NCBI GenBank assembly: GCA_965645245.1
Contig: OZ287072.1
Coordinates: 1,612,001-1,676,000, forward strand
From: Massalongia carnosa
Lineage: Eukaryota
Direction: 5' to 3'
Length of the DNA stretch: 64,000 bases
Made by a program: the position numbers and the translations under genes. This document shows, piece by piece, positions 36,512-50,080 of this stretch (its first letter is position 1; the number at the start of each line of letters is the position of its first letter). A model generated the notes under the pieces. It did no database searches. It had not been told where the DNA came from and saw nothing but the letters and a program-made list of their open reading frames with translations.

Positions 36512-38285
36512 CCACCTCTAGTCGGGGAAAGCGGTCTGCGTAGGCAAGCGATCTGCGTAGTTTCAATCTCAGGATTCACCCATTTTACCACCTATTTTGC
36601 AGCTTTTTGCAACACTTCTCGACCGCAACCTACGACCGTTAGCTGTTATTATTCATACCATAGATATCAACTGCACATCCTAACTGCTCATTTATCAACC
36701 GGGAATGCATTATATTTTTTCCAGTTTCACCAGTTTTATCACCTATTTACAACTCATTTGCGACGCCGTCTCATCATGATTTACAACCTCCATTTGCTTT
36801 ATTTTCAACCTCATTTGCAAATATTATTAATAAGTAGATATATATCAACTGTGCGTTCTAATAGTTACTCCTAGTCTGACGATAGCCCCCTTGATAAAAG
36901 TTAAACTGCTCATCCTCATCACCCTCATAACCCTCATCATTCTCATTATTCTTAGTGTTGATCTCTGCAAGGACATCTTGGATAGCCTTATCATGCCAAT
37001 GCTTATAGGGTTGAAATACACCCACATCAAGGGGTTGCATACAATGAGTCAGATGTGGTATCAGGGGGAGAGGGCGAATGTGATTTTCATTGGCAAGCTT
37101 TATAAACTCAGGGGTGCAATAACTAAGTCCCATGGTTATCCATGAGCATCAATTTCTACTGCTTTGTAGGCCCTGAGTTTGTATTCGCAATGAAATGCTT
37201 CAAAAATTCAATGGCTATTTTATCGGTGATGAACCCACTTTTTGATACTTCAGTCAGAGTCCCCGTGGGCAGCCCCTCTTGGAACCAGTTCTGCATTATT
37301 CTACGACCTTGCATAATTAAAACGGGAGAAGGTGGTTGATGACCGGCGGCGTTAATGCTTTCGATTATGATGAGAGATTTGCGATTTTCTGGACTGATTG
37401 AATAGAACTCCTTAATATCTGATGGAACTAGAATTTCATGACCCTTCATACACTCAACCCGAAATCCTGCTTTATCAAAGTTCCAGGTATCTTGTGAATG
37501 AGTTATCCCCAACTCTGCAAGAACCCGCTGATATCGATCAAACCATAATCTTACATCTGACTCCTGAGCCGCAGTATATCGAACAACTGCCAGCGGCTTA
37601 GTCTTTATCTTGTGCAGGCCATTGTCTTTCCACCGTTGCCTAAACCACCGCGGACTTGGATCATTGAATTCGGCATCTTGAGCACGTTTCAGAGTCTTAA
37701 TGGCAGCAAAAGTCACTTTATGAGTAGGTTGAATGCTATACGCATTCAGAGATCGAATGAATTCGTGAATGGCTCTGACCTGATGCTCCTCCAGTATTTT
37801 GTTCTACCCTTCAATTTTCTTCGGCGGCGTCTTTTCACGTTCAATTGAACTGTATAGAGTGATGTCGACGAGGTTGAAGATTCGAGCAGCGCAAACGATG
37901 CTCTCCTTGGGGTTTTCTAATAAAACTGCTTAGCATTTTGCACGCGCGTTGCAATAGAATCACTGGTTTTAATAAGGTTCTTATTCATGATGCTGCTGCT
38001 ATTCATGATTGAGGTGGGGAGCGGTTGATGAAATAGGGAGAGAGTGATTGACGAAATAGGAGGCATGCAACTGATGCGGTCGCGATTGAATAAATGTGAA
38101 TATCCCGGTTAATCAATGAGTAGTTAGGATGTGCAGTTGATATCTATGGTATGAATAATAACAGCTAATGGTCGTAGGTTGCGGTCGAGAAGTGTTGCAA
38201 AAAGCTGCAAAATAGGTGGTAAAATGGGTGAATCCTGAGATTGAAACTACGCAGATCGCTTGCCTACGCCCCCGACTAGAGGTGG
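36512..38285 (-). mobile_element. Defective Fot1/pogo element E4 with long (~190 bp) TIRs
   Basis: TA|CCACCTCTAGTCGGGG...ATCAACCGGGA (36512-~36704) mirrored at ~38102-38285|TA; frameshifted, internally deleted transposase ~36858-38006 (WNFDKAGFR, THCMQPLDVGVFQPYKH). Confidence 0.9.
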
Positions 38286-38415
38286 TACATACTCTCGTAC
38301 GGAGTACTCTGTACGCCGTCCTGATCGCTGGTCTGTGCCTGATTAGATAAGATAACGAGGCGCATTAACCTTGCAACTCGTAAGTGAAAACCACCTCGTC
38401 CACTTACAGATTGCA

Positions 38416-41400
38416 ATGGCAGCCCATTCATCCAAGAAAATAAAATTGGATCATCCGCAAACAAAAGAAGGTCAAGGTTCTTTACTTGTTGCCTCCCATT
38501 TGGCGGCTTCGTTAAAACCCCATCGCTCTGGATCATTGGAGTATACGCTGCGCCCTTCCACAACTAATCACAAATCCCATCCACCGCAATCCTTCAATGC
38601 ACCGGAGCATATCAGTCAGTCTGATGGTTCAAGTATCTTCAGGCTGCAACTTCAGGAACTATTGGCGAAAGTACGGCCTTCGCATGGATCATGGATGAAC
38701 AAAGCAGAAGACGCCCTCCGCAAACTCAAACGTGTGATAGAACTGATACCAGAGCGGGCACCCACAAGCGTTTGTTTTTGAATGGCATAGCCGTCTCCCA
38801 ATAAGCTCACAAGGTTGTTTAGATTTCCTCAGCCGGAGAAAGTCTAGAGAAGCTCCATAAGATCGTAATTCCATTCCCAGACCCACAGCCAAGCGTCGGT
38901 GTCAAATATGCCGTTGCGTATTCTAAGCCAGAGAATATTAGCATCGTTGGGAGCTATGCTCGCAAGACGGCTATACGGACTCATGGAAATTTAGTGATTG
39001 ATTTAGCAATTACAATGCCCTCGGTAATGGCGCCTCAAATCCTCTTTTGTTGTCATTGCTTACCCTGTCAAGCTACTCTTCCAAGCAAAAGACTATCTCA
39101 ATTATAGGTACTTTCACAAGAGAGCATATTATCTAGCCTACATTGCTGCAGGTATTCAAGGGGACCAAGATCTCCGCTACACTATATCGTTTGACTATCA
39201 GAATGGTAATCAATTGCAACCTATAATTCTACTTAATCCAAGCCTAGGTAATGCTAAACAGTTTCCTCCATGAGTATTAAGCTAATTGATATAATTTAGA
39301 CGGCGGAGAAGATGGCTTCTCCAAGTCCAAATGGCAGATTAGAATCATCCTTGCTGCCTCTGAGCATATCTTTCCAATCACAAAAACGCTACCACGAAAA
39401 GACTGTATTCGAAACAAAGCTACTGATGGGTCATCTATTGGATTATGTGCAACCGCATTCTACAATGCGACCCTGAGATCCGAATGTTCTTCTTTACCGT
39501 ATCTGGAGCTATTTCATCGAACTTCAATGAACTCGGATGGTTTCGGGGATGCTTGCTCGCTTGGAAGTATTTGGCTCCAACAACGGGGTCTGGGAACTAA
39601 TTTGGCAGACGGAGGATTTGGCCAATTCGAATGGGCTTGCATAATGGCGATTCTATTTCAAGGGAGCGGTGTGAGCGAGAAGGCCCTCTTATCCAAAAGA
39701 TATGATAGCTATCAACTGTTCAAGGCGACATTGCAGTATCTAGCTACAACCGATTTCCTAACAAATCCTGTCGTTTTCTCTTGTGATGAGTCTGTATCTA
39801 GCGATCAGAACCACCCGATGTTTTTTGACGGAAAACGAGGATTGAACGTTCTTTTCAAGATGACGAAATGGTCCTACCATATGGTAAATTTTGAGCTAGA
39901 GAATATGTATCCTATAATTACTGATGATCCACCAGTTGCGGCACGAGGCGAACATAACCCTACGAAATTTAAATGAACCTTTTGGCGACAAATTGAGTTC
40001 ATCTTTTATAACCAAAGTGAACGAGCCCTTCCATAGATTTGATTATATTTTTAGGTATAAGTTTAGCGTAATGATCGCTGAATGATAAAAGCTAAAACAA
40101 TGCATAGTGTACTAATTACGCCTTCGTGGAAACCATCCGAATCGGCGGACTCCATCGACAGATGCACCCAATTTTGCGGAAAGTTGTATGAAGCGCTCAC
40201 AACAGGACTCGGCGATCGAGTCAATGCCGTCTATCTGCAATTCACCAAGGATCTGGCATGGCCCGTGGCCGACCCAAAGCCATCCGCAAAGAACCAGCGA
40301 CGTATTGTCGTAGGGTTATTGCTCCACCCGGAGAAAAGCCGACGGATGGTGGACCACGGGCCGCCCGCCGAAGACAAGCCCGCCGCCACGGCATTCCGGA
40401 CGTTTTGGGGCGAGAAGGCCGAGTTGCGCCGCTTCAAGGACGGTAGCATCCTCGAGAGCCTGATCTGGAGCGCGGACGGGTCCGGTCCCGGTCCTGGTCC
40501 TGGTCCCGATGGCATCCTGGAGCAGATCGTTACGTATGTGCTTCGGCGGCACATGGGAACCGAAACCGCCGAGAAGATCCGGTTTCATGGCGGAGACGCG
40601 TTCAATCGCTTGTTAGCCGGTTCGGTCGATATCGCCAATCCGTTAGCGGATTTTCGACTGGTTGACAGTTCCTTCGAAAATCTGGAGAGAGAGATTAGGA
40701 ACCTCGAAGGCCTGCCGTTGCATATTCGGCAAATCTCCGCCGCAAGCCCTCAGTTGCGGTTTGCTTCGCCACGCGCTCCGGGGATGGGCCCACTACATGC
40801 GAGTAGCATTCAGCCGGCAGATGTGTGTTTACAGTTTGAGGGTTCGACGCGATGGCCTGACAACCTTGCTGCCATCCAAAGGACCAAGGTTGCCTTTCTC
40901 CTCAAGATTGGCGAGCTAATGGAAGAGAGGACGGCGGGTTTGGTAGCACGAGTAGGCTTGGAGAACAAACAGCGAAAGCTACTTAACCAGGCTTTTCTTG
41001 ACGTTATTTATCCCACAGGGGCCAGCTTCCGCGTCCGGATTCATCATGAACGCGAACTAAACATTCTAGAGCGCTCCCTACGAGACAAATCGAGCGATTT
41101 AGGGAAAAGGGCAGAGGTTGCTTTTGCAAAGGCTACATACAAGCGTGACTTTATCCAATCGCCATTACATACGCAGGCTGTGAGGACCCTCAGCACCCGG
41201 TTTCCCCTTCTCTCGCCGTCGATACGCCTCATGAAGAAGTGGCGGGACTATCACATGCTTTCCCCACATATCAGCGACGAGCTCATCGAGCTGCTCACCG
41301 TCCGCACGTTCGTGCATCCATATCCTTGGCAAGCGCCAGCGAGCGTCATGACTGGATTTCTTCGAACAGTGGCCTTCATAGCGAGATGGGAGTGGCAATC

Positions 41401-42112
41401 TGAGCCGTTAATCGTGGACTTCAATCACGAAATGTCCGTCCGAGATGTCGAGGGCATCAATCTACGCTTCGAGGCTTGGAGAAAAATCGACCCTGGCATG
41501 AACCGGGTCGTCATGTTTGTGGTGTCCAACCTGGATCCCGAGGGGATAACATGGACCGAGCATAGCCCATCCAAGGTGATTGCAGCGCGTTTAACCAATC
41601 TAGCAAGAGCAGCTCGCAAGATAGCCAATGAACAAGCACTAGACATACATCCATACACTCTCTTCAAGACATCAACTGCCGATTATGACTTCATCATCCA
41701 TCTTAATCCCAAAGTTCTCCATGACCGTTCAAACCAGGTCCAGAAACCGACTTTGTTCAAAAATCTGCAGCTTCATTCGGACCAGAATATGGATCTTGTT
41801 GGCTTCGATCCTGTCAAACTCTACCTCGACGAAATCATAGACCTCTACGACAGCAACATTATTTTCTTCCATAACGCACTTGAAGGAACATATATTGCTG
41901 GAGTGTGGAAGCCACATACTGACCCAAGGGAGTGGAAGGTCAATTTGGGGTACTCCACACTACCCTGTCTGCAGCCCAATGAAGCAGCAGCGACAGCAAA
42001 AGTTAACAAGCTTGCGACTCTTCATGACATCGTAAGACAAGGAGGTGATTTGGTGTCCAGGATAGAGGTGAAGCAGGAATGTACTAGAAGAGGATCGGCC
42101 TCGCAGTCTTGA
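38416..42112 (+). CDS. UTP22: U3 snoRNP/UTP-C subunit Utp22 (Nrap family)
   Basis: SIFRLQLQELL, IVGSYA, KDYLNYRYFHKRAYYLA, FWGEKAELRRFKDGSILESLIW, FEGSTRWPD; five GT-AG introns. Confidence 0.93.
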
Positions 42113-42243
42113 ACAGTATCTGGACAGTATCTTGTGAATGTATATTTCTCTGCAAAGAAACCACCTGCACACCGTCGGGAATCCACTTGGCCAAGCATTC
42201 CAACAGGGCAAGAAGCTACGTGTTCTCCAACGAATGATCCGTT

Positions 42244-45200
42244 TCAATAATATGTCAATAACTTCTGTCCCGCTTTTCCTTTCATTTTCTGGGTTGAGAA
42301 AGCACAGAATCTATCTTTGATGGATACAACCTCATAGACGCCTTCGTCCGAAGCTCGTATAGTCTTCACATAATCGTTAGAGATATCACTTTTGGTCTCT
42401 AAAATCTCGGATTTCTTCCCTTTCGAGGGATTGGTGCTCCTGGTATATCTTTAATGCTGATTAGCAAAACATCAAGGGCCTTTTTTCTACTGTGAACTCA
42501 CGTAAACTCGAAAGGGGGTGTGCCTCCAAACTCGAAAAATATTTCGACCTCGCCACCCTCATGAATATCCGCTGTTGCCGTTCTCCCTTTGCTTATGCGT
42601 ACGCTAGGCATCTCATGTACTATCTTCGTAATTTCCGTACGGGCCTTGCAATTTTCCGTGCTCCTTTGATCGCTTACACCGGTGATCTTAAACTCCCCAG
42701 GCTTTTCGGCAATTCTCTTGAAAGTTGTCAAAGGAACGGTAGCCTTACGTTCGAGGTTCTGAAAGGTGTAAAACACCTTGAATGGAGGCGACCCTGAAAG
42801 CGTATATGAAATGCGGTCACCTACACAAAAATCTGTTCGTGCCTCGAGTGGAGTAATGCTTGGAATATCCGCAACACTAACTTGCACATGAGGAGCATCG
42901 AGATCCAGTTTCTCTTGACAGCCGCGGGAATCTCGGACTTTGCGAATAGTAACAGCATGAGTCCCCAAAGCAAGGACCCTATGAGGAATATGGAAATTGT
43001 ATCGATTAATGTCGATATGCGGTATATTAATAATCTCAGGCTTGGCGGTTGCATGATGTCTGATATGAACTTCAAGGGAAAATGGGGGTTGGCCGCTTAA
43101 GATAATTGGTATCACCTCGTCGCCTGTTTTCTCTTCTTTGCAATATTTGTAGGACTTGCCAATAGCAGCAAAACGAGCCGAAGGATTTGGATAAACCTCT
43201 TGCTGCACGGTCAACAGAATGGAGCCTGGAGCGGCTTGATTATATGCGCTATCACCCAGCTGAGAGAATTCATACTCGTACAAGCCAGATTCAGAAGCCT
43301 CCATCTTGAAAGAGGCAAGGCTAAGACCAGCGGTGAGCTTTTGATATCTTTTTGAGTTTGATCCACGGTTGGGTTTGAACTTTTGAGCGTATTCAACGGT
43401 GTATGGGGCTGTCCCAGAGAAGGAGATCTCGGTTGCATCTTCGTCACCTTTACAAATCCCTTTTCTGATGTACTTGCCACCATCAAACTTGACGAGGGAG
43501 CTTTCAGCTACGGTAATCGTCGGCCTTGAAATCCAGCGAATCTTGAATTGCTTAGCTGACTGATCCACAAGGCCCGAGCAGCGGGAAATATCCTGAACTG
43601 ATACAATCTCGTAGGTTCCTTTAACGTTGATATTCACCTGATCATTGTTTCCCTGACTGAACTTCAGTGTTGTATCAGCCTGTGGCGCATCGAGATTGCG
43701 AAAGCTTGTGACAAAAGGTGCTTCTCCTTGAAGCCTCAAGGGCAAGCTTATCCAACTGCCTTCAACAGCCGAAATGCTGCGCTTGCCATCAATTTGACCA
43801 AAGGCCACCTGGGGCTTTTGGAAGGGAACTTGAATTTTCGCTTGTTGGTCAAGGAGCACTTTGCAGCCGGATTTGTCAGTGATGCTAGTTAGAAGCAAGG
43901 AGTAATCTCCACCAGCCATGAGTTTACTTGTCACTATCGTATGTTTCTCGTCTTCAAAAGTCTCACTCTTTTGTTCTTGCCGTCGGCCATTGTGAAAAAT
44001 TTCATATTCAAGCTTCCAAGGACCTTCCCCTGAAGCGATAATACCTATCATGACAGGCTCATCCATACAAGCCGTTTCAGTGTACTGGTTTTCGAATTTA
44101 GCTGAGGCTGGCGGCTTTACGTCCTGTTTCAGAGATTGTAACTCGTGGGGCAGCGAACGAGGGTTCTTATATACAGCATCACTGATTTGTAAGAATTCGT
44201 AGGTGTACTTGCCGGCTTCGGAAGGCCTTAACTCTAATTGTGATTGAAGGCGATCTGTATGTAGAATTCTCGGAGTCACGCTTCGGCCTGCGTGGCGGAT
44301 GTTGTACGCTATCGTAAACGGTGGAGTTCCAATCAAGTGAAGGTCGACGAGAAGCCCAATGGATTTTCCAGCGCAATTATCGGGTATTTCCTGGGAGTAT
44401 ATTTTCAAATCTGGTTCAGGAGGATTCTGAAGCAAACAGGACGAAGGCTCCAGAATCTCTCCAGAACAGTAATCGGTGCTAATCTGCTCTAGACTATATA
44501 AGCCTGGCTCGCTTACTTGAAATCCGCTATCATTGCTGCCAATGTCAAGCTTCTTGAACATTGGATCAGCCGCGTGCTGTTGATTGGGAGTAAGATTGCT
44601 TTCAGGTGTAAAAGCATAGGTTATTGTGTGCCGAGCATCCTCGGGCGTATCTGATCCGGTTGAGCTAAGACGAACCGGCAGAAGGTATGATTTCCCTCGT
44701 TGCACCTTGAGAGACCGCTGGGAGCTATATCCGTCAAGCGTAATCTGCGGCCGTTCATGCACGGTAAATGTTTTTCCAAGTTGGTTTTTTCGCTTAGATT
44801 TGTTGGGAAATGATTCTTCACGGCGAGAGGCGGTGTAATCTACTACATTACCACATGCATCTTGAACTTCATCAATCCAATACTGCCAGTGGCCGCTAAT
44901 ACCCAAAGACTCATTTAGAGGAACCTTCACAGACCTAGGCCGAGCCCAGGAGACATCCACGCTTGCCGAGTCCAATGAAACCAAAAGTCCTGATTTATTC
45001 TGTTGGGCAAGGGGTGAGACTAAGTTTTCAGGGTGAATCGTAAGGACAACGTTGCCAGTGTCTTCTTTGTTCACAATCTTGCTATACTTAATTTTGAAAG
45101 GCGGCGTAGCTTGTACCTGAAGATAGAAGTCTGATAGCTCTCCCTTGCATTTGTTTTGCGGTGTGGCTGTCACAGATGCTGAAGGGCATGGGACAACTAA

Positions 45201-46229
45201 AGTATCTGACAGCCTTCTCTGCACCTCAAGTTTTGATTCATCTACAACTTTCAGCAGTCGGTATAATCCGGTCTCTTTGACCGGATACTCAAGAAAGCGC
45301 GGGCTCTGATAATCAATCTTTGGGAAAGCCCTGTTCGCTTGCTTTTTCAGCTTCTTTAGTTCTTTGCCAGTAATAGTAATCGTCTCATTCAGATTCGTGT
45401 CAAGATCGATCCGTAGCAATTGTATTAGGATTGGACTTGTTTGGTTAATGCGAATCGGTAAGTTTACCGACGTTCGTGTTTCACCGAGACAAAAGAATCT
45501 CTGCTCTGGATTCAGCATTGCAGAGCTGCCTTGTTTATCAGCCAAAGGAAACCCTTCCGAGGAAAATGCCTACCCTTCAGGAAGAATATGAATTATTTGT
45601 TTCCCCAGAATCAACGACGAGTTATGCAGGATGGACGCTGGTTTAACACTTATTTCCGCAATTGCCAACTCTCGATCGTAAATCAGCTTAGTCCCAGCTA
45701 AAACCCAGGTTGCGACCGGGATCTGCATAGTTCATCAGCGAATGTAGCCAAACGCCCGTCCTTGGGAACATACAGGTATGCGGAACATCAAGACTGCATT
45801 CAGCACGGCATGAAAGATGAACAGAACCGTTATCGTCGAAGGAGACCATTGAAGCCAAGGAACTTTGAGCCCAGGTAGTCCATACAGGAAAACGCTATCG
45901 ATCGCAACCCATTTCATGAACAGCCACAAAGAGTCTGTCTCGTCTGAGACCAGTCTGAAGTAGTCGGCAAGTCGCCATACTGTCAAGCCAAGGTAGAAGA
46001 ACAATATGTACAGCCTCTGGGAAGGGGCATCGATTATCTCAAAAGGAATTGTTGGCTCCGCAGTATCGCTGGTTGAGGGGACGGGGTTCAGCGAAGGTGG
46101 ACTGGAGCTACAAGAGCCCGGTTTTGATCCATTTTGCTCTTTCTGCTTCTGGCCAGTCCCAGGGCTGGAAGGAAAGGCGGAGCGGAGGCGTGGAGTGTTG
46201 TTCATGGCATTGCTCGACACTGGTGACAT
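42244..46229 (-). CDS. POM152: Nuclear pore membrane protein Pom152
   Basis: [10 protein letters not shown]-terminal TM segments, [18 protein letters not shown], repeated Ig-like GxPPF motifs, [14 protein letters not shown]. Confidence 0.92.
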
Positions 46230-46370
46230 TTAAGCTTTGAAGGAAACAACGTTGAGGGCAAGGCAAGCGAACGAGAAAACCAGGTAGTCATAAAGGCCTT
46301 AAGATTCAGTTTGTTGGTTGGGTACCGAAGCTTGTAAGGAGGTAGACAATGCCTCGGTACTGTACCTCTG

Positions 46371-46430
46371 GACCCGGTACGTTAAGACCCGGTACGTTAA
46401 GACCCGGTACGTTAAGACCCGGTACGTTAA
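46371..46430. repeat. Four perfect tandem copies of GACCCGGTACGTTAA (15 bp)
   Basis: Seen directly, ~140 bp upstream of the POM152 ATG. Confidence 0.95.
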
Positions 46431-46983
46431 TGAATCCCCATCAGGAGGCTCATGCTAGATTACGCTAGCGATACAATACCACTCCGTACAGAGTACCTAG
46501 TCTACTTCCCACAATACCTTCGAACTCCAACGATCCGATTGGTCAAAGATGATGAGTAAGAAGTGATACCACCCGCAAGATCTGAATGGCGAAATTTAAA
46601 TAAGTCTCCAGGCACCGTTTCCTCAAGAAGAAACGTGTTTCGAACGTGAGTGGTGTTGCGGCTGACAGAACGTAAACTCTGTAAAGAGTACAGCGTACAG
46701 AGTACAGAGTACCAAGTACTTGACGTAAAATAATCATGCGGCTTCTTCCTGTACGAAAAGACGAATAATACTCGGTACATCTTGGAGCTCAGAGCTGACG
46801 AGTTCTCCCTAGGTTACTCTACTTCGCGGGAATCAACATGCCCCCAGCCATTTGGAAAAGGATTTTTAGGTGTCAAAACCTTCATTTGGGTTTTTCCGTC
46901 GTAAGGCAATAAAAAATGGATAATCATCCCACATACTCGAGCCTTCAGTTCTCTATCGTCACATTCACCACTTCATCATACAA

Positions 46984-48608
46984 ATGGCCGAGCGTGCCAA
47001 AAGGAGACGCTTGGTCAAGTCATCCAATGCATCAGATTTTCATGTTCCTTCCGTTTCACGTTCTTCCAACCCCTTCACCACCGCAACCATCGACGAAAAA
47101 AGGAATTGGGGTGGATTCTGTGAAGTAGAATCCGAGCCAGTGAGTGCAACTCTCCAACCGTGCAAATGTACAGAATGTACAGAATGTCTCAAATATAATG
47201 CTGACCTGTTCCTTGGCTTTCTTCAATGTGATGCTCAAGAGCTTCGGTGTTTCCGGGGTCAAAGTGCAAGAGGTGGTTTCGCTGGATGCGGAAATCTTGA
47301 GTTTTCTTTCGTGCGTGTCTGCAAGCACTGTTGTAGAAGTCATATTGTTATTTCTAATAAGTTGATGCAGCCGACCTGTCTACGGACTCATTTTTCTATT
47401 CAAATGGAGAGAAGAGGACCCGGATAAGCAGGAGCAAAGCTGTCCGGAAGGGGTTTGGTTTGCTAATCAGGTGTGGCTGCTAGATTTATCGTTGGAGCTC
47501 GCATTTAATGACGATGATGCAGACTGTTCATAATGCCTGTGCAAGCGTCGCTTTATTGAATATAGTCAACAACATCCCAGACATTCAGCTTGGAGAGAAT
47601 CTGCAAGCATTCAAGGAGTTCACCAAAGACTTCACCCCGGCGTTGCGAGGTGATGCCATTGCGAATTTTCAATTTGTCAAGGAGATACATAATTCCTTCG
47701 CAAGGTTAGCGCTTGACTTCCTCTGATGGGGTTTTTCAACAGCGTATCCGCGCTAGAATGGTTATCATCCCCAAATACCGGTTCATGACTAACTAAGTGA
47801 AACCCTCTGAAATAGGAAGATGGACATTTTGAGCGGTGATCTACAGATGAAGAACGATACTGAGTCGAAAAGGCAAGGAAGAAAAGCGAAGGGCGCTGAG
47901 GATGAGTCTGTTGCTGGTTTTCATTTTATTGCTTTCGTCCCTGTCAATGGGAAAGTTTGGAAGCTTGATGGACTCGAAAGACAGCCGCAGAATCTCGGTA
48001 GGAGCTTTCCCCCCCGATCTATGTTGGTCAGTTCAATACCAATGCCATTTCTTGTAGGCGTCATCGAAAGCGAAGACTGGGTCTTCCAAACAAAGCCAGA
48101 GATCGAGGAACGTATGGCACAGTACGAGGAGGGACAGTTTGAGTTTGCTATCCTCGGCATCGTCAAGGAGCCACTTCCCACCCTTGTTTACACCTTGGCC
48201 GAGAACGTCAAGAGCCTCGTTGCTGCAACGAAACGATTAGATTTTCTGAAACCCGGTTGGAGGGACCTCATAGCCTCATCAGTTAATGGTGAAAGTGTAC
48301 TATCAGAAGGCGCTGTGACTGGGCCAGATACAACATACGAGCTGACACAGGACTTAATTGATCAGGCATCGCTTTCGCAGTCTGTCCAAGAAGCAATCCT
48401 TGCAAATGAGGCTGCAGAAGTTATTGCATGTCGACAGAAACTAGTCCTCAAGCAGGCTGGTCTCCGAATGTCGATTAAAGAGGAGCAGCAGTCCATGCGG
48501 TCCGATCAAGAACGAGCTGCTAGCCGACGACATGACTACGGCCCTGCAGTACAGACCCTTGTAGAGATATTAGGGCGTAAAGACGTTTTGAAGGAAATGG
48601 TGGACTGA
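46984..48608 (+). CDS. Ubiquitin C-terminal hydrolase, peptidase C12 (UCH37/UCH-L5-like)
   Basis: FCEVESEP-AFFN, VYGLIFLFKW, WFANQ-TVHNACAS (catalytic C), FHFIAFVP (H), KLDGL (D), C-terminal RRHDY; first intron acceptor is anomalous. Confidence 0.88.
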
Positions 48609-48927
48609 ACAGAACGTTCGGCATAGCCAGGGGGAAGATTGATTTATTGTTCCCAGAGTCGACGAAACTAGCTTTTTGCATTGATGAATGAACCTTAATG
48701 AAATATGTAGATACCCCTTACTAACTATCTACCTACACGTTACACGTGATTAAAGTACTCTAGCATTCTTCCGCTTGGAGCCTACAGATATGTACCTATT
48801 TGTCCTACTCTGTACATTGGCGATAATGTGTAAAAGGCGCGCAAACTTTCTGTGATTGTCATGTCATCCCCTTCTTGCTACACACCTTCCTAAGTTAATC
48901 CTACGCAAAACATCCTGAACACCAGCC

Positions 48928-50080
48928 ATGGAGAAACGTGCAGAACTGGAGTCGCAGCTCAAAGTCGACGAAGCTATTCTGGACTATCTCCTCTACGCCG
49001 CCATCAAGACTCTTCTAGAACAGATTCAATCGAGCATTTCAACCAACAATACAAACCCAACAAGTCCCACTAGCGTGGAGCTGGCATTAGAACTGGTCGA
49101 CTGTAAGTTCTCTCCCCGGCGCTCAGCAGTTCTACGTTTGCGCATCTCTCATCTAGAAGGCTAGCTTTCCTCATCATGTTCCGCTACATGCATCCACATC
49201 GCCCAAGAAGCGCCGATCTCCAGTTCCGCCTACGGCTTTTGAAATTCACCACCCTCTCCGCAAGTCGCTTTGCGCCATCCCCCGCTACCCCTTCGCCGCC
49301 CATGCTGCAGAGCATGCGGAAGCGACACTACAGGCAGGCCAAGGCCTCACCTTTGTACAATGATTTACCAGACGCTGTCTTTTCGTCCGTTTTAGCCAAC
49401 GAAACGCCCCTGTCACAGGCGACCGAGGAGGGTAACTTCAACGAAGAGCCCTTGCCCCTTGATGCGGTTTCGTCGCCTCCAGTCCACACTAGGTGCGGCG
49501 AGTTGCCAACCCTCCTAGACACCTTGCCGGACTTTATGGCCGTCTCCGCGGCCCAGATCATGCTCCAAGCGACACAGATTACCGATGTCTGGATGCGGCT
49601 TGCGGTGGGCTACATGTCTCATTCCTTTGCGGAGCAAGTGCTGGTCTATAGGCGATCGGGGCCGGAAATTCTTCGCCAAGCGTTTGCTTGGGGCTTCGAT
49701 GCCAATTCCGGCGCGGAGGAGGGGAGCGATGAGTTGCAGATCAACGCCATGTTCCTTGGCGAGGACGGCGTGGTGGGCGGGTGGGAGGATCTCAGGGAGG
49801 CTCACATACGTGCGGTAAGTACCAGAAGCCACTACACCAGCCTTGAAGCCAAAGCCTAAAACATTGATCTGTTCAGCTCATCCCCTCGGCCGAGACTTCG
49901 TTACATGCTCATTTAGATACGTTGCTCGCCAATGATCTACCCATCACCGTGTTTGAACAGCACCTGCTAGACTTTCTATGGGGTTTGCTAGATGGTCAGC
50001 CAAAGCCGGTGTTGGCGCAGGTCGAGTCTGAGAAAATCCATGACAGGACTCGAAAGGAGATGCAAAGCTTAAAGACATGA
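48928..50080 (+). CDS. Hypothetical protein, three exons
   Basis: Exons 48928-49102, 49165-49814 and 49877-50080 join in frame through GTAAGT...AG introns; no domain recognised. Confidence 0.7.

Noticed and set aside
46548..46666. Possible C/D box snoRNA (ATGATGA...CTGA)
   Set aside because: No terminal stem and no clean rRNA-complementary guide that I can support.
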